Positions 42,861-58,068 are shown, numbered from the stretch's first letter. The stretch is DNA of 64,000 nt from Eledone cirrhosa (GCA_964016885.1 OZ024746.1:75330001-75394000); one strand, 5' to 3'. Notes: generated from the letters alone by a model not told the origin. A program made the numbers and translations.

Positions 42861-43400
42861 CTATGGAACTTGGGAGCTTCAGTGACACAGTATGGAAATA
42901 TGGAGCTAACGTGACTTTTTATGCAATGGAGAGATAGAGCAGAAATATGGCACTTTTAATTCTAGGATGCTGTACTATATGGCACTGTGGAAATAGCGTG
43001 GGACACTATGGTACTGGGAAGCTTGAGTGGCACAGTATGGAAATATGTAAACTATGATGTCGCAGTATGGCAATGGGGAGAATGGGTGGCAAAATACGGC
43101 ACTTCGATTCTAGGGTGCCGCACTATGACTCTGCGGAGCTAAGGTGGCACACTATGGCACTGGGAAGCTTCAGTGATTCAGTATGGATATATGGAACTAG
43201 GATGTTGCAGTATGGCAATGGGGAGATAGGGTGGAAAATTACGGCACTTCGGAGCTAGGGTGCCGCACTATGGCACTGCGGAGCTAGGGTGGCACACTAT
43301 GGAACTGAGGAGCTTCAGTGACACAGTATAGAAATATGGAGTTAAGATAGCAATGGGAAGATAGTGTGGAAAATATGGCAGTTTGAAGCTTGTATATACT
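42855..43400. repeat. Degenerate ~145-bp tandem repeat, ~4 copies
   Basis: ggcacactatgg..gggaagcttcagtgacacagtatggaaatatgg at ~42856, 43001, 43146 and 43291. Confidence 0.75.
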
Positions 43401-43830
43401 ACACCACCGTGAACCGTTGGGTCACGTTCACTTAAAAAAATTATTTTTAAAATCATGTTAACTTAAAAATAATTTTTAAATAATAAAAATATACACCACC
43501 AACTCTCTCTCTCTCTTTCTCTTCTATTTTCCTTCTCTGTCTCTCTCTCTCCCTCTCTCTATGTCTCTCTTTCAATCTACTCTCTCACAACCACTATCTC
43601 TTTCTCTCTATCTCTACCTCTCTCTCTCTCACTCTGTTTATGAAGGTACCTGGAAAAATCCCATATTTCAGGATCCTGTGCTCCGATTTACGCGAAACTT
43701 GTTTTATTCTATTTGTATTCCCATTTCAGGGGCAACTTCCTTTCAAAGTATTTACCTATTATGCGCCATTTTGTCTTTATTAAATTACAGACAAGCACAC
43801 AATCACAGAGTTTTAGTAGGATATAAATAA

Positions 43831-44015
43831 TTGTTTCTACTTTTGGCACAAGGCCAGCAAATTATCCAGTACATTACTGGTACTTTATTTTATCGACCCC
43901 CGTAAGGATGAAAGGCAAAGTTAACCTCGGCGGGATTTGAACTCAGAACGTAAAGGGACGTAACTATGCTGGAAAGCATGTCAGACCCTCTACCGATACT
44001 GCCAATTCACCGCCC
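43831..44015 (-). mobile_element. Full-length SINE family 1 with 15-bp TSD
   Basis: gtaggatataaataa at 43816-43830 and 44016-44030. Confidence 0.9.
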
Positions 44016-44183
44016 GTAGGATATAAATAATAACATGTGTTAGTTTTGAGAACTCATCAAGCTGCGACCAATATAACGAACTCAAGGCATTTGCTGGAAC
44101 CTGTAAGAATTAATTAGAATAAACAAACACGCATATACATACATATACATACATATACATATATATACATATATATATATATA

Positions 44184-44288
<105 letters not shown>

Positions 44289-44399
44289 GTGTGTGTAAGT
44301 ACGTGCGCGTATCTAACCTCCCCATTTTACCAAACCACAAACATGACTGATCCGACAATAATTCCATGACTAACATTATTAATATAGTGTAGACGTATG

Positions 44400-44431
<32 letters not shown>

Positions 44432-44558
44432 GTTGTTGTTGCTACTGCCGTTAATGCAGTATAACAAACGCAACCAAAAAGTAATTTGTTGCACCAATGA
44501 CGTCACTGAAATCTATTCTTGGCTCATTATCATGAATTTTTTATGCGACGAGCGTGAG

Positions 44559-44677
<119 letters not shown>

Positions 44678-44802
44678 GTGTACAATATTTGGAATTTATA
44701 TATATGTGTATGTGTATGTGTGTGTGTGAAAGTGTGTGAGATCACACGCACACACACACACATACACACATATATATATATACACACACACACACCACAC
44801 AC

Positions 44803-44849
<47 letters not shown>

Positions 44850-44861
44850 CGTGTGTGTGTG

Positions 44862-44904
<43 letters not shown>

Positions 44905-44953
44905 GTGTGTGTATATATATATGTGTGTGTGTGTGTGTGAAAGTGTGTGAGAT

Positions 44954-45021
<68 letters not shown>

Positions 45022-45279
45022 CGTGTGATCGCACACACTTTCACACACACACATACACATACACATACACATATATATAAATTCCAAATATTCTACGCAA
45101 ATATCCTTCCTCACACCCGCCATCGATGAATACAATTAAACACACTCAAGTGATAGCAAACAAGTCTCTTTTTTTAAATTATGTTTGAATGTTTGAAGTA
45201 CTATGGTATTTTAAACATGAATTCTAATATGTGTGTGTTCCTGTGAGTCTGTATCTCTCTCTATATGTATATATATATA

Positions 45280-45400
45280 CTTTCTACTTTTGGCACAAGG
45301 CCAGTGGTTACCCCAATGCATCACTGGTACTTTATTTTATCGACCCCGTAAGGATGAAAAGCAAAGTTAACCTTGGCGGATTTGAACTCAGAACACAAAG
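45280..45400 (-). mobile_element. SINE family 1, truncated
   Basis: Core plus B box. Confidence 0.7.
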
Positions 45401-45924
45401 GACCATAATATATATATATATGTATATGTATAAGTATATATATATATGTGTATATGTATAAGTATACATACCTACATGATGGCTGCCCCTTCGTTATCGA
45501 GTTTATCCATTGCACGATATAACATTATTAATAATTATCAATTAATGCTATCGTGAAGATTTTTTTTTTAAGTGAGGAAAGACTGTGCACTGAGCCAATC
45601 CCACTCTCTGAGCGACAGTAGCTATAATCCGAAAAGAAGAAAAGATCAACATCATCGGTAACTACTGAGCCGCAAGTTTTATGACGGAGTTATCCCAGTT
45701 TCCTGAGCTGCCTTCTCCTAGATGAATGTCCTTCACTCCCAGTGGTTTAACCGCGTGATCGGTTATCCAACCCGATTATTTTTTATGTTCCCGCGCATAT
45801 ACATACACATGCAGACATGTAATTATATATCTACACATTTTTGGATGGCCGTTGACCCTTATGAGTTCTTCAGCCTTTTGTCAAGGTGTCCAAAATCACC
45901 CTCCTCACCATAATATACGTACAT

Positions 45925-46447
45925 ACATATTATCTCCCGATGAGACATGAAGTGGTAGCCAATGCAATCTAGAATGCACTACAGAAAACGAAAATAAGAA
46001 AATAAGAAAAAATAAAGATGAATATATTGAGTTTGATGGCTCAAAAGGAATGTTTGTGGAACCTAAAAATGGAAACCGCCACCAAATTAAAACAAATATT
46101 TTTTTGTTTGGGCCCACAGATTGAAACATCCAACTGTCCACTGGATGTTAAAGATAAAAGAGAATAGAGATATCTACGGACCATTGATGAGGTTTATGCA
46201 GATCCAGTATCCAAAAATATACGTTCAATTCGTATCCATTATTATTGGAACTACAGAATATATACCAACCTGCCAAAGACATACACATCCACACACACAA
46301 TAACATCCATATCTTCACATGCATGCATACATACATATCTACCTAGTTGATGTTGTGTAAATTCCAATGAGACAGTCTTGTGTCTATGTTAGAAACCGAC
46401 CCTCTCTCTATTGGTAAAACTTTGTGAAATTATAAAACCAGAAGAAC
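45925..46447 (+). mobile_element. Older R4/Dong-like relic plus 3' UTR
   Basis: PMRHEVVANAI* and KENRDIYGPLMRFMQIQYPK..IIIG parallel the neighbouring element; 46280-46447 matches 47783-47949. Confidence 0.65.
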
Positions 46448-46628
46448 ATACATACATACATACATACATACATACATACATACATACATACATACATACA
46501 TACATACTTGCATGCATACATACATGCATGCATACATACATACATACATACATACATACATACATACATACATACATACATACATACATACATACATACA
46601 TGCATACATACATACATACATACATACA

Positions 46629-47949
46629 AACAGTGACATAGACCGCCTTTACTTGAAACGTAAGCAGGGAGGCAGAGGCCTAACATCAGTCCAGACAACA
46701 TTTGAATGTCGCATCATATCTCTCCGACAACATCTACGAACCTCGAAGCGTAGGAGCCCGCTTCTCGAGCAAGTCTATCTGCATGAAACAGATAAGATGA
46801 TGAGAGTTGGGAAGGAACTCTTTGAGAGATATTCCCTGTGTGATAATCAAAAACTCACACCCAGGGATGCTGCTCAGCAGTATCGCAGTGAATCCATGGA
46901 TGAAAAACTGCATGCCTATCAGCAAAAAATCATGCATGGATATGTTGCCAGGAAGCTCCAGAGTGAGAGTAATATAGATAAGGAAAGTAGTCTATCTTGG
47001 ACCAACAACCGCTATATTGGCTCCCACTTTGAAGGATACGCTTTTGCAATCCAAGAACAGGAGATTAGCACGAATACCTGATTCAAAAAGAGATAGGGAT
47101 GCAGGCAAAACACCTAGATGTGATAACAAGTGCAGACTCTGCAGAACTAACATCGAGGATATCACCTATGTCATCAGCAGCTGCCCAAAGATGTCATCGC
47201 GGTACTATCTACCTATGAGGCATGATTGTAGTGGCCAAAACACTGTACAATGCAGTTCGTAAAAAAAGATAGCCCGATAATAAACACATTAAAAGCTACA
47301 ACAATGTGGAAGACATCCATGTACATAATATGAAAGAGTACTGGTGGAATGTTCCAGTAAAAACCCCAATAAAATGCAGGCATAACAGACCAGATATTAT
47401 GATATGGGACAGGGAGAAGAAAACATGCACAGTAGTGGAAATTAGCTGCCCAGCAGATGCCAATATATCAAAGATTAGTGAAAAGGAGATTATTTATGCA
47501 GAACTGATGAGAAATCTGCAGATACTCCACCCTGATTACACCTTCAGATTTATGCCTGTGATTATTGGGGCACTGGGATATGTTAGTAACTGCTTCAATA
47601 CAAATCTTGAGAAGCTAGGCTTCACAGGAACAGAAAGAACACAACTAGTTAGGAAACTACAAGTACAATCCATTAATGGAACAGTAAAAATATGTAAAAC
47701 ATTCCAAAAATGTTGCATCTAATAACTGCATATACACATGTACAGATATAAAGCATATACACATGCACACATACAACTCAAAATATACACATCCACACAT
47801 ACAATAACATCCATATCTACATATGCATGCAAACATACATATCTACCTAGTTGATGTTGTGTAAATTCCAATGAGAGAGTCTTGTGTCTACGTTAGAAAC
47901 CGACTCTCTCTCTATTGGTAAAACTTTGTGAAATTATAAAACCAGAAGA
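46629..47949 (+). mobile_element. 5'-truncated R4/Dong-clade non-LTR retrotransposon (frameshifted ORF; zinc knuckle plus RLE endonuclease) in (TACA)n
   Basis: DRLYLKRKQGGRGL, AIQEQEI, CRLC..EDITYVISSC, RHD, HNRPDIMIWD..VVEISCP, PVIIGALG; stop at 47722; 3' UTR; (TACA)n flanks. Confidence 0.88.
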
Positions 47950-48187
47950 CATACATACATACATACATACATACATACATACATACATACATACATACAT
48001 ACATACATACATACATACATACATACATACATACATACATACATACATACATAACTGCCAAGTTAATGTTGACTAAACTCCAATGAAAGATTCTTGTTTA
48101 TGTGTTATAAACCGGTAAGAGCTGGTTTGTAACATATATAAACAAGACTTTTACATATCCACACATACAATGACATGCTTGCATAAA

Positions 48188-48239
<52 letters not shown>

Positions 48240-48300
48240 AGAATGAAACGAAATTTCATTTCTCACTCTTAGTACGGCAGTTACATACATACATACTTAC

Positions 48301-48358
<58 letters not shown>

Positions 48359-48465
48359 ACAATATCCGTACGTGTCCATACATATATATATACATGTCCA
48401 TGCATATATATATATACGTGTCCATACATATATATATATACATGGAAAGAGGGATGCGCACACAT

Positions 48466-48517
<52 letters not shown>

Positions 48518-48556
48518 TACCTATATATGTGTATATACATACATAATACATATATA

Positions 48557-48841
48557 CATGGTGGCTGCCAACTCATTTTCGAGTACGGCCACTACTTTAT
48601 ATCCATGTAGGAGAACCCCTACCGATGCGCTGAACGAGTGTGACTTTTTAGTCCAGCCAGCGACTTGAAAACTCTGGTACAAACACTACACTTGTGACAA
48701 TTATTGACACATAGTGCTGGCCCATGCTACCATGTGACGACAAGTGCAGAGAGATCTCCAGATATAAAGCAATGCCTGTGCCGTGAAGCTTTTATAGTGA
48801 GCAAAGGCACTGCACAAAGCCAGTCCCACTCTCTTAACCAA
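48557..48841 (-). mobile_element. RTE-derived element, truncated
   Basis: Matches 387-670. Confidence 0.75.
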
Positions 48842-49082
48842 TACATACATACATACATACAAACAATCATCAGGCATACATACATATACGATCTGTAGAT
48901 ATTCAGATGTTCAAATGAAATATATTAAAGATCACACATTACACAGTGTCATTTAGATACACAACGCGTCCTTTATGTAAACAGAAGTCATAAATGTCCA
49001 TACATGTTTAAACATACTTTGGGGCATGTATGAAAGGAATTGTACCGAAAGCATATGTTGGTGTGAATATCTATATAAATGT

Positions 49083-49150
<68 letters not shown>

Positions 49151-49659
49151 TTATATGTATATATGTGTGCATATAAATTGTATTTAAAATAAAAACCCTG
49201 ACTCAAGATTGTAATGAATTTTAATATGACGTTCTATTGTAACACCCACTTCCTCCTCGACGAAATGACTATTTAATGTGTGTGTGTGTATGTGTGTGTG
49301 CGCGCGTGCGTGTATGTGTGTGTACATGCATGTGTATTAATATCTAAATACCAATACTAACAGTCGATAGCCTTGCTAGAAATAGCAACCAGATTTTTCT
49401 CAGATTGCACATTAACTATCTTTTTGATACCAAACAGCTCCGAGTCCTTTGATGCAAGCCCCTTGAAAGTGTTTATATCTATCTAAAAACCGTCCATCAT
49501 AATTTATGTAAGAACTTTTGTCAACTTAAATCCAAAACACTTGGTAAGTGAGTCTTAATATTGTGGTTGGTATTGGTGTTGTTGGTAGTGTTGGTTGTGA
49601 TTCAGTGTGAGTGGTTGTCCATTAAACATATACATGTACACCAGGTCCAAACACAAAGG

Positions 49660-49970
49660 AACCAAACTCCCACTGTCACTGCCCCCGTTTTTTTCCTGCT
49701 CTGCCTATATCTTACTATTATAAGCAAATGAGAGGCCACGCGCTGGTTTCCCCGCGGCCTCGGCGGACTGAATAGAGAAGGCGTTTCCCCGGAGGATGGT
49801 GAGGGAGACGCGCTGGAAGAGCCATTCCAGCTCCTGAGGTTCACACCTGCGTCTAGCTAACTCTGTGCCGATGGTGGTGAGTAGGGAGGTAGCCCTAGGG
49901 CCAAGGACACCAGAAGTCTCCAATGCTACAAATTCGACCGCAAACCTGTCGGAGGGCGACCGGTAATTCA
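49660..49970 (-). mobile_element. CRE-like non-LTR 3' fragment
   Basis: YRSPSDRFAVEFVALETSGVLGP..EWLFQRVSLTILRGNAFSI. Confidence 0.7.
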
Positions 49971-50206
49971 AGTTATGTTCCAAGCACCAACTTAATAACA
50001 AGAACATTTCTTGGTATCTTTTGGCAATGTGGTCATTGTTAATTCAGTTGTTTGCTATTTTAATAGTTTTCTTTAAAGTTTATTACGATTTTCAATTCGT
50101 TATTTACACATTTTGAAATAGGATCTCGTCCTTTCACCGGCCTACCTAATTATATTGATATATTGCCACAGTACAACATAGATTAAGTCTCATTTTATCA
50201 AGCCTT

Positions 50207-51790
<1,584 letters not shown>

Positions 51791-52104
51791 GGAAGGCAAA
51801 TCTGCTGAAAATTGTCCGAAACAGCTCAAAGACATTTCATATCAGAGACCTGGTCATTAAAATGGTTCTATGACAATCCAGTCAAGATAAAAATGTTGAG
51901 AGAAGAGAGGCGAAGTAACGAAGATAGTGTGGAAGGGAAGTTAGAAGTGAGAAATACAGTGAGATAGGGGTAACATAAATTGATTGGGTTGGTTGATGTG
52001 TGAGGTGATTACAGAATGTTGTCGCTTATACTGTTACTGTGCATGTGTGTAGGTGTGTATACGTACAATTATATAAGTAGGTGTCATATGCATTAACTGG
52101 ACGG

Positions 52105-52135
<31 letters not shown>

Positions 52136-52149
52136 CACACGCGCGCACA

Positions 52150-52620
52150 TATCATCATCATCATCATCATCGTTTAACGTCTATCTTCCACGCTAGCATG
52201 GGTTTAGACGGGAATTGTCCCACTTGAGGCAAGATTGGTCGGGTGACCATGTCTTGCTCGCATAGGACTGTCTGGCGGGTTTTCTACGGCTGGATGCCCT
52301 TCCTAACACCAACCACGTTTACAGTGTGGAACTGGGAGGTTTTTACCATGTTACCTACACGGCCACATTACAGCGTGGACTGTGTGTTTTTTTTTTGTCG
52401 TGACACATACATGACCTCATTTATTTTGGACTGGGTGTTGTGGTACCAACATAACTTTACAGAGAGGGTGGTGTTGGTGGGATGGGGGTGTATATCTGGT
52501 TAAGAGGTTAAGAGGTGTATATTTGGTAAAGGTTTCGCTTTGTACATAGGCAAGGCGGGTCTTCTGTATTACTGCGTAGCGCCAAAGATCTCGGTCCAGT
52601 GACATTGTCTTAGAGAGGTG
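52150..52620 (-). mobile_element. RTE-type LINE 3' end with (GAT)n tail
   Basis: MSLDRDLWRYAV C-terminal motif; ctacggctggatgcccttcct 3' UTR motif; (CAT)n on the plus strand. Confidence 0.55.
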
Positions 52621-52937
52621 TAAGTGTGTATATATATGTATATATATATATATGTGTGTGTGTGTGTGCGTGTGTGTGTGTGTATGTATATGTATGTGTG
52701 TATATACATATGATAAATGTTACTCCTTAAACTGTGAAATTGATAATTGATGTATTCATGTTACTTATTATATTATATATATGTGTGTGTGTGTATATAT
52801 GTGTGTGTGTGTGACGCACGCGCACAAACCCTCCCACGCACCCACCCACCCACATATATATATATATATATTATATATATATATACACATACATATGTCT
52901 ATATAATATATAAATGATATATAATTTACCTTATATA

Positions 52938-53794
52938 TATATGCCAACTTGTTTGTTGGCTACGTCGAAGCCCAAATCTTTTCCCAATACGCTGGACAGA
53001 CCCTGACCTATACGGTCGTTATATGGACGACTGTATCGGCGCCACCTCTCTATCACGAGAACAGCTCGACTGCTTTCTTTCTTTAACGCGCCCGCAACCT
53101 CCGCGACCTCCTGGTTTGCAGTTCCTTCTCGTCCTCTCCCACGACTCCACCCGGCTCTCATCTTTGTTCCGGTTCCCGCTGCAACATTTGTCCCTTCATT
53201 TCCACCCTCACCAGTCTTACAGGCCATAACGAGTCTTTTCGTATCCGCCACTCTTTCACCTGCACATCTACCCACGTTGTCTATGCCCTCCGGTGTTCCC
53301 TTTGTGGGTCTTTATACATCGGACAAACGGGACATACGACTCGGTTTGGATACTCCTGTCGCCCGTCATTTCTGTTCTCCTGGTCATTCTTCCCTACATG
53401 TTTCAGTCCTGGGTGTCCTTTTATCATGGATCACAGGCCTCGCGCACCATGACTGAGCAAAGTCTGATTCACCGCCTTCGGTCCTATTCCCCTGTTGGAC
53501 TCAACTCACCTCCCCAATCTCTCTAATACCCCGTCCATTATCACACGCACTTGTACATTCACCCCTAGATTCCTATCGCTCTCTCTTGATCATTAACATC
53601 TTCTCTTACAACTAATACAGACCGACTATATATTCTCACTCCACTTTTCCCTTCACTGCTCTGTATACACACATACACACCCTTATATTAACATAATTTT
53701 GCTCATAGCTTCGTACTTACATGCACACACTCTTTTACTCACATATACACTTCTTAGTTTCGTACGGACGTATAATAACGCACACACTCACACA

Positions 53795-53832
<38 letters not shown>

Positions 53833-54179
53833 CTTAAGCATATGCACAAGTATAGCTCTTTTTACAAAACGGTTCTTTTTCCATTTCAGGTAGACGCCTG
53901 CCATCATCCACTTTTCTAAAAAATAAATCATACACAAAACGCTAGGACCAACAGTTTTGCAAGAGATGTCAACATGAATGGACCTGTTATTTTTATCTAA
54001 AGACATTTTTTCCAATTCCAACCCGCCCGTTCCCTCAATCTATTTTATTTCTCATTCTTTCTTCGGATGAAGCACTAGCGTCCGAAACGTTAAGACCCTC
54101 TTCCTGCTATATCAAGCGTTAACCTAATATATCCCTTCCATATACTGTACCGATTGTGTTGTTATTTCTGTTTACCTTT

Positions 54180-54180
<1 letters not shown>
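52938..54180 (+). mobile_element. Internally deleted Penelope-like element (Neptune-type): RT fragment, GIY-YIG endonuclease, 3' pLTR with decayed hammerhead
   Basis: YANLFVGYVE, LYGRYMDDCIG, FTCTSTHVVYALRCSLCGSLYIGQTG, HF..PGHS, EQSLIHRLRSYSPVGLN; cggatga..GAAAcgTTaaga at 54060-54095. Confidence 0.85.
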
Positions 54181-54228
<48 letters not shown>

Positions 54229-54494
54229 TAGGTAGCACGGTGAAATACTGATGTTGGTACCAAATCAAGAACTCTATGCACAGGCAGAATGTATATAATA
54301 GAAAAAACGAGGAAGTTTCGTTTACATATGAAAAATATTTATTGCATATCGACCTGTTATGCGCGTTTCGCAAAGGATATGTAAACGAAACTTCCTCGTT
54401 TTTTTCTATTACTATATATATAGAACGAGAGAGGTAGAACACTGGAAAGTAATATCCGTAGTGGTAGAGCACTTAGTCCATGGGACGAGCTTGG

Positions 54495-54807
54495 TAGAAG
54501 TAGTAACACAACAGTTAGTTAGCCATACCGAGAACAATACCTGTCGATCTCAGAGACCCTGTTAAACAAAGCGTTGGACTTTGCTACCACTTACACTACC
54601 GTCCATGTTTTAGACAGAGAGATCATCGCACACTGCCGGAAAACCCTGCTCTTCAACAACGGAGTAGCCTGGTCAAAGAAGTCAACCACTTCAGAACTAT
54701 TCGACGTCTCCGTGGAATCATTTGACAGTGCTGACGTATGAGACTTGGTGTGAAAAGAAAATAACTGTTCTCGGTATGGTGAACTAACTGTTGTGTTACT
54801 ACTTCTA
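54495..54807 (+). mobile_element. Second Penelope-like RT fragment between inverted repeats
   Basis: YLSISETLLNKALDFA..IIAHCRKTLLFNNGVAWSKK..LFDVSVESFDSADV*DLV (54538-54750), resembling FDVTMGSYDGAE-type PLE RTs; inverted repeats 54495-54536/54766-54807. Confidence 0.65.
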
Positions 54808-55354
54808 TATATATATATATAAATGAAAGTTAGAGTTAATAACTCTTACTGAAATCCTGTAATCAATAAGCTCCAAGCATAAATACTGAGCATTATAATA
54901 ATATATATGTAGTAAGAAACACAGTAAACCGTGAGTCTAATATTACGAGGGTTGAAAAACCACATTTGTTTGAAATATTTAACCATGAAGCAGACAGAAT
55001 GATAAAATAAAATAAAATTATATTATACAAACCGCCTCAATAACAATTACATCTCTCGGACAGATTGGGGATAATCTGTTTCGCACTGAGTGTGTTTGTA
55101 ACAGATAATCCTGGGCATCATCAGCGAGAGAATCTGATTAAATGCGACAAACACCTAGTACCGACGTTCAGACAGAAAGATGAATTTATCACCTCGTGCG
55201 CCGTAAGTCAAAAGTGGTATGAGTGTATTGGTTAAAAACAACAGTCCAACACACGCAACTTAATAAGCTCACCTCATGAGGGAGCCGAAATATAAATGAA
55301 AGTTAGAGTTAGGAGGAAATTGTAGTTTACTTGAAGCATTGCGTAATGAGATAT

Positions 55355-55468
55355 AAACGTTTGGAGTTGGAAGGCCAAGACAATGCAGGTATGGATATAG
55401 AATATAAATACAAATGCATTTATATTCTATATCCATACCTGCATTGTCTTGGCCTTCCAGCTCCAAAC

Positions 55469-55472
<4 letters not shown>
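55355..55472. repeat. Palindrome with ~55-bp arms adjoining (TA)n
   Basis: tttggagttggaaggccaagacaatgcaggtatggatatagaatataaat and its reverse complement. Confidence 0.85.
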
Positions 55473-55565
<93 letters not shown>

Positions 55566-55617
55566 ATAGAAGGAGCTTCTACAGGACTAGTACTGTTTCA
55601 TTCAGATGAAATCTTCA

Positions 55618-55672
55618 GGAGCTTCCTGAAGATTTCATCTGAATGAAACAGTACTAGTCCTTTAGAAGCTCC
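55618..55672 (+). ncRNA. Type I hammerhead in a family B fold-back (element 55560-55750)
   Basis: ggagcttc-CTGAAGA-tttcatctgaat-GAAA-cag..ctt-TA-gaagctcc (stem III mismatch); mirrored core on the minus strand at 55572-55625. Confidence 0.6.
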
Positions 55673-55756
55673 TTCTATAAAATAAAAAAATTTTACTCTG
55701 CCATGTATTGAGTACCTTACTTACTGTGGTTATCCCCGACTCAACCCGGGACCTAC

Positions 55757-55793
<37 letters not shown>

Positions 55794-56216
55794 TGTGTAT
55801 GTTTGTCGTTATATGTCCGCCAATTGCCAATTCCGAGAGATCTGTGATAAAAAGTAGTGTTTATAGAATCAAAATAAACAGCTTGTATACAACCTGAAAA
55901 GGCAGTGTGTATAGAGTCAGAAACAAGAGATTGGTTGCTGTAAAATCGGTGAAATGTATTTTTGGAAATATTTAAAAAATCTTCCTAATCAAGAAAATAA
56001 CTTTACATTCACTAAGGCGCACGCACACACACATATACAGATAAGACAGATACATGCATACGCACATAGATAATGTTTTGCATTCGAACACATTTTTCAT
56101 TTATCTGAAGCAAATACAAATATAGACGAAAATACAATCACGTATCTATGTGGATGTGTGTGTATTCTATTTATGATAGGTATTTGCGCGCGTATATATA
56201 TATATATATATATATA

Positions 56217-56509
56217 CAAGGGCCTTGTTTCAGGGGGTTCCAGGGGACAAATCCCCCCCCCCCCCACACACACACACACCCACACACTTTTTCAAACGTC
56301 TATGTCTTATTTTTTGTTTATTTGATATAATAAATTCTTTTAAAACTTTTTTTTATATCTGAACTTCATTTGAATATATAAAATTTAATTAGCGTAAAAT
56401 TCTGCTTATGTGATAGGGTCCAGGAAAGGCACCATAAGCAAGTTATGCTCCTTTAAAAAGCAACAAATGTTGGTTTGTCCCCCTCACATTTTTAAGGTAA
56501 TTGAGGCTC

Positions 56510-56512
<3 letters not shown>
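56217..56512. mobile_element. Probable hAT-type MITE
   Basis: Termini caagggcctt / gaggctcctg within (TA)n. Confidence 0.4.
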
Positions 56513-56555
<43 letters not shown>

Positions 56556-56557
<2 letters not shown>

Positions 56558-56751
56558 CGAAGGAAATGTGGTAAGGAACCAGGTGGACCATAACGCACCA
56601 AAGTACTCAATACTTGAGGTAGTAGAGTGGGTAATAGGAACCAGTAAGACCCCGACAGCTGAGCTCAAGCCGTTTCGACGGCTAATTCTGGACTGAGTCC
56701 AGAATTAGCCGTCGAAACGGCTTGAGCTCAGCTGTCGGGGTCTTACTGGTT

Positions 56752-56756
<5 letters not shown>
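56556..56756 (-). mobile_element. Family A fold-back
   Basis: Perfect ~60-bp arms centred near 56695; tail on the left. Confidence 0.7.
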
Positions 56757-56792
<36 letters not shown>

Positions 56793-56879
56793 GGGGTGGA
56801 CACTCAATTTTCGAGTGAAACAATATGTGATTATTTCTATTTACTGGTTGCTAAACGAAAGGACGTCAGCCGACAACAC

Positions 56880-56914
<35 letters not shown>

Positions 56915-57145
56915 GCAAAAGTTGTATTTAAATTGTTGGGATACAACAAGCAAATATTTTTATAACTGATATAAAGCACTCGACAAGTATTTGGAGTAAA
57001 TATACGATATTAACAAATGGAAACTATATTTATAAAACCATATCTATTTTATGAAAGCATACCATAATTTAACATGGTATCCTTGAAATATGTATAATAA
57101 AATAGATATGGTTTTATAAATATAGTTTCCATTTGTTAATATCGT
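56915..57145. mobile_element. Family C fold-back with truncated hammerhead core
   Basis: Arms 57003-57050/57097-57145 enclose atga-aagcatacca..tggtatcctt-GAAA. Confidence 0.6.
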
Positions 57146-57196
57146 ATATATATATATATATATATGACGCAACCGATTTCTTCAGGAGAAAATAAG

Positions 57197-57280
<84 letters not shown>

Positions 57281-57612
57281 GATCTTAAAGAGACATAGCG
57301 GAAGAATCAACATTGGTATTAAACTAGTATTTATCGACCTTGAACGAATCAAAGGCAAATAAATATGCCCCCAGGGAGATTTGAACTCAGAGAGCAGTTA
57401 ACCAGAACAAATGACGAAGTACTTTTAATCTTATGTGTTAACGACTCTGCCAATTAGTTACCATAGCAACGATGTGGTCGTAAAACTATAGATGGAAATG
57501 AAAGTTTATGGTCTATTTCACCAATCTCTTTTGAGTAAAATCTGCTAATTTGCTACTTGCAAAGTAGATATATGTATATATATATATATATATAAAAACA
57601 AATTTTAACTTA

Positions 57613-57679
<67 letters not shown>

Positions 57680-57776
57680 GTATCGAAACGGGGTGTTACG
57701 TAACCTAACGAAACGTTCTTACATAACGTACAGGTGGCTGACGAAGCGATCATTGTTTTCCGATGTTCTCGTTTAG

Positions 57777-57889
<113 letters not shown>

Positions 57890-58068
57890 TGTATGTGTGT
57901 GAGATGGGTGGATGGATGGAGGGACAGACAAACAGGCAGGTAGATATATATAGATATATATAGATATATATATATATATATATATCTACCTGCCTGTTTG
58001 TCTGTCCCTCCATCCATCCACCCATAGATAGATAGATAGATAGGTAGGTAGGTAGGTAGGTAGGTAGG

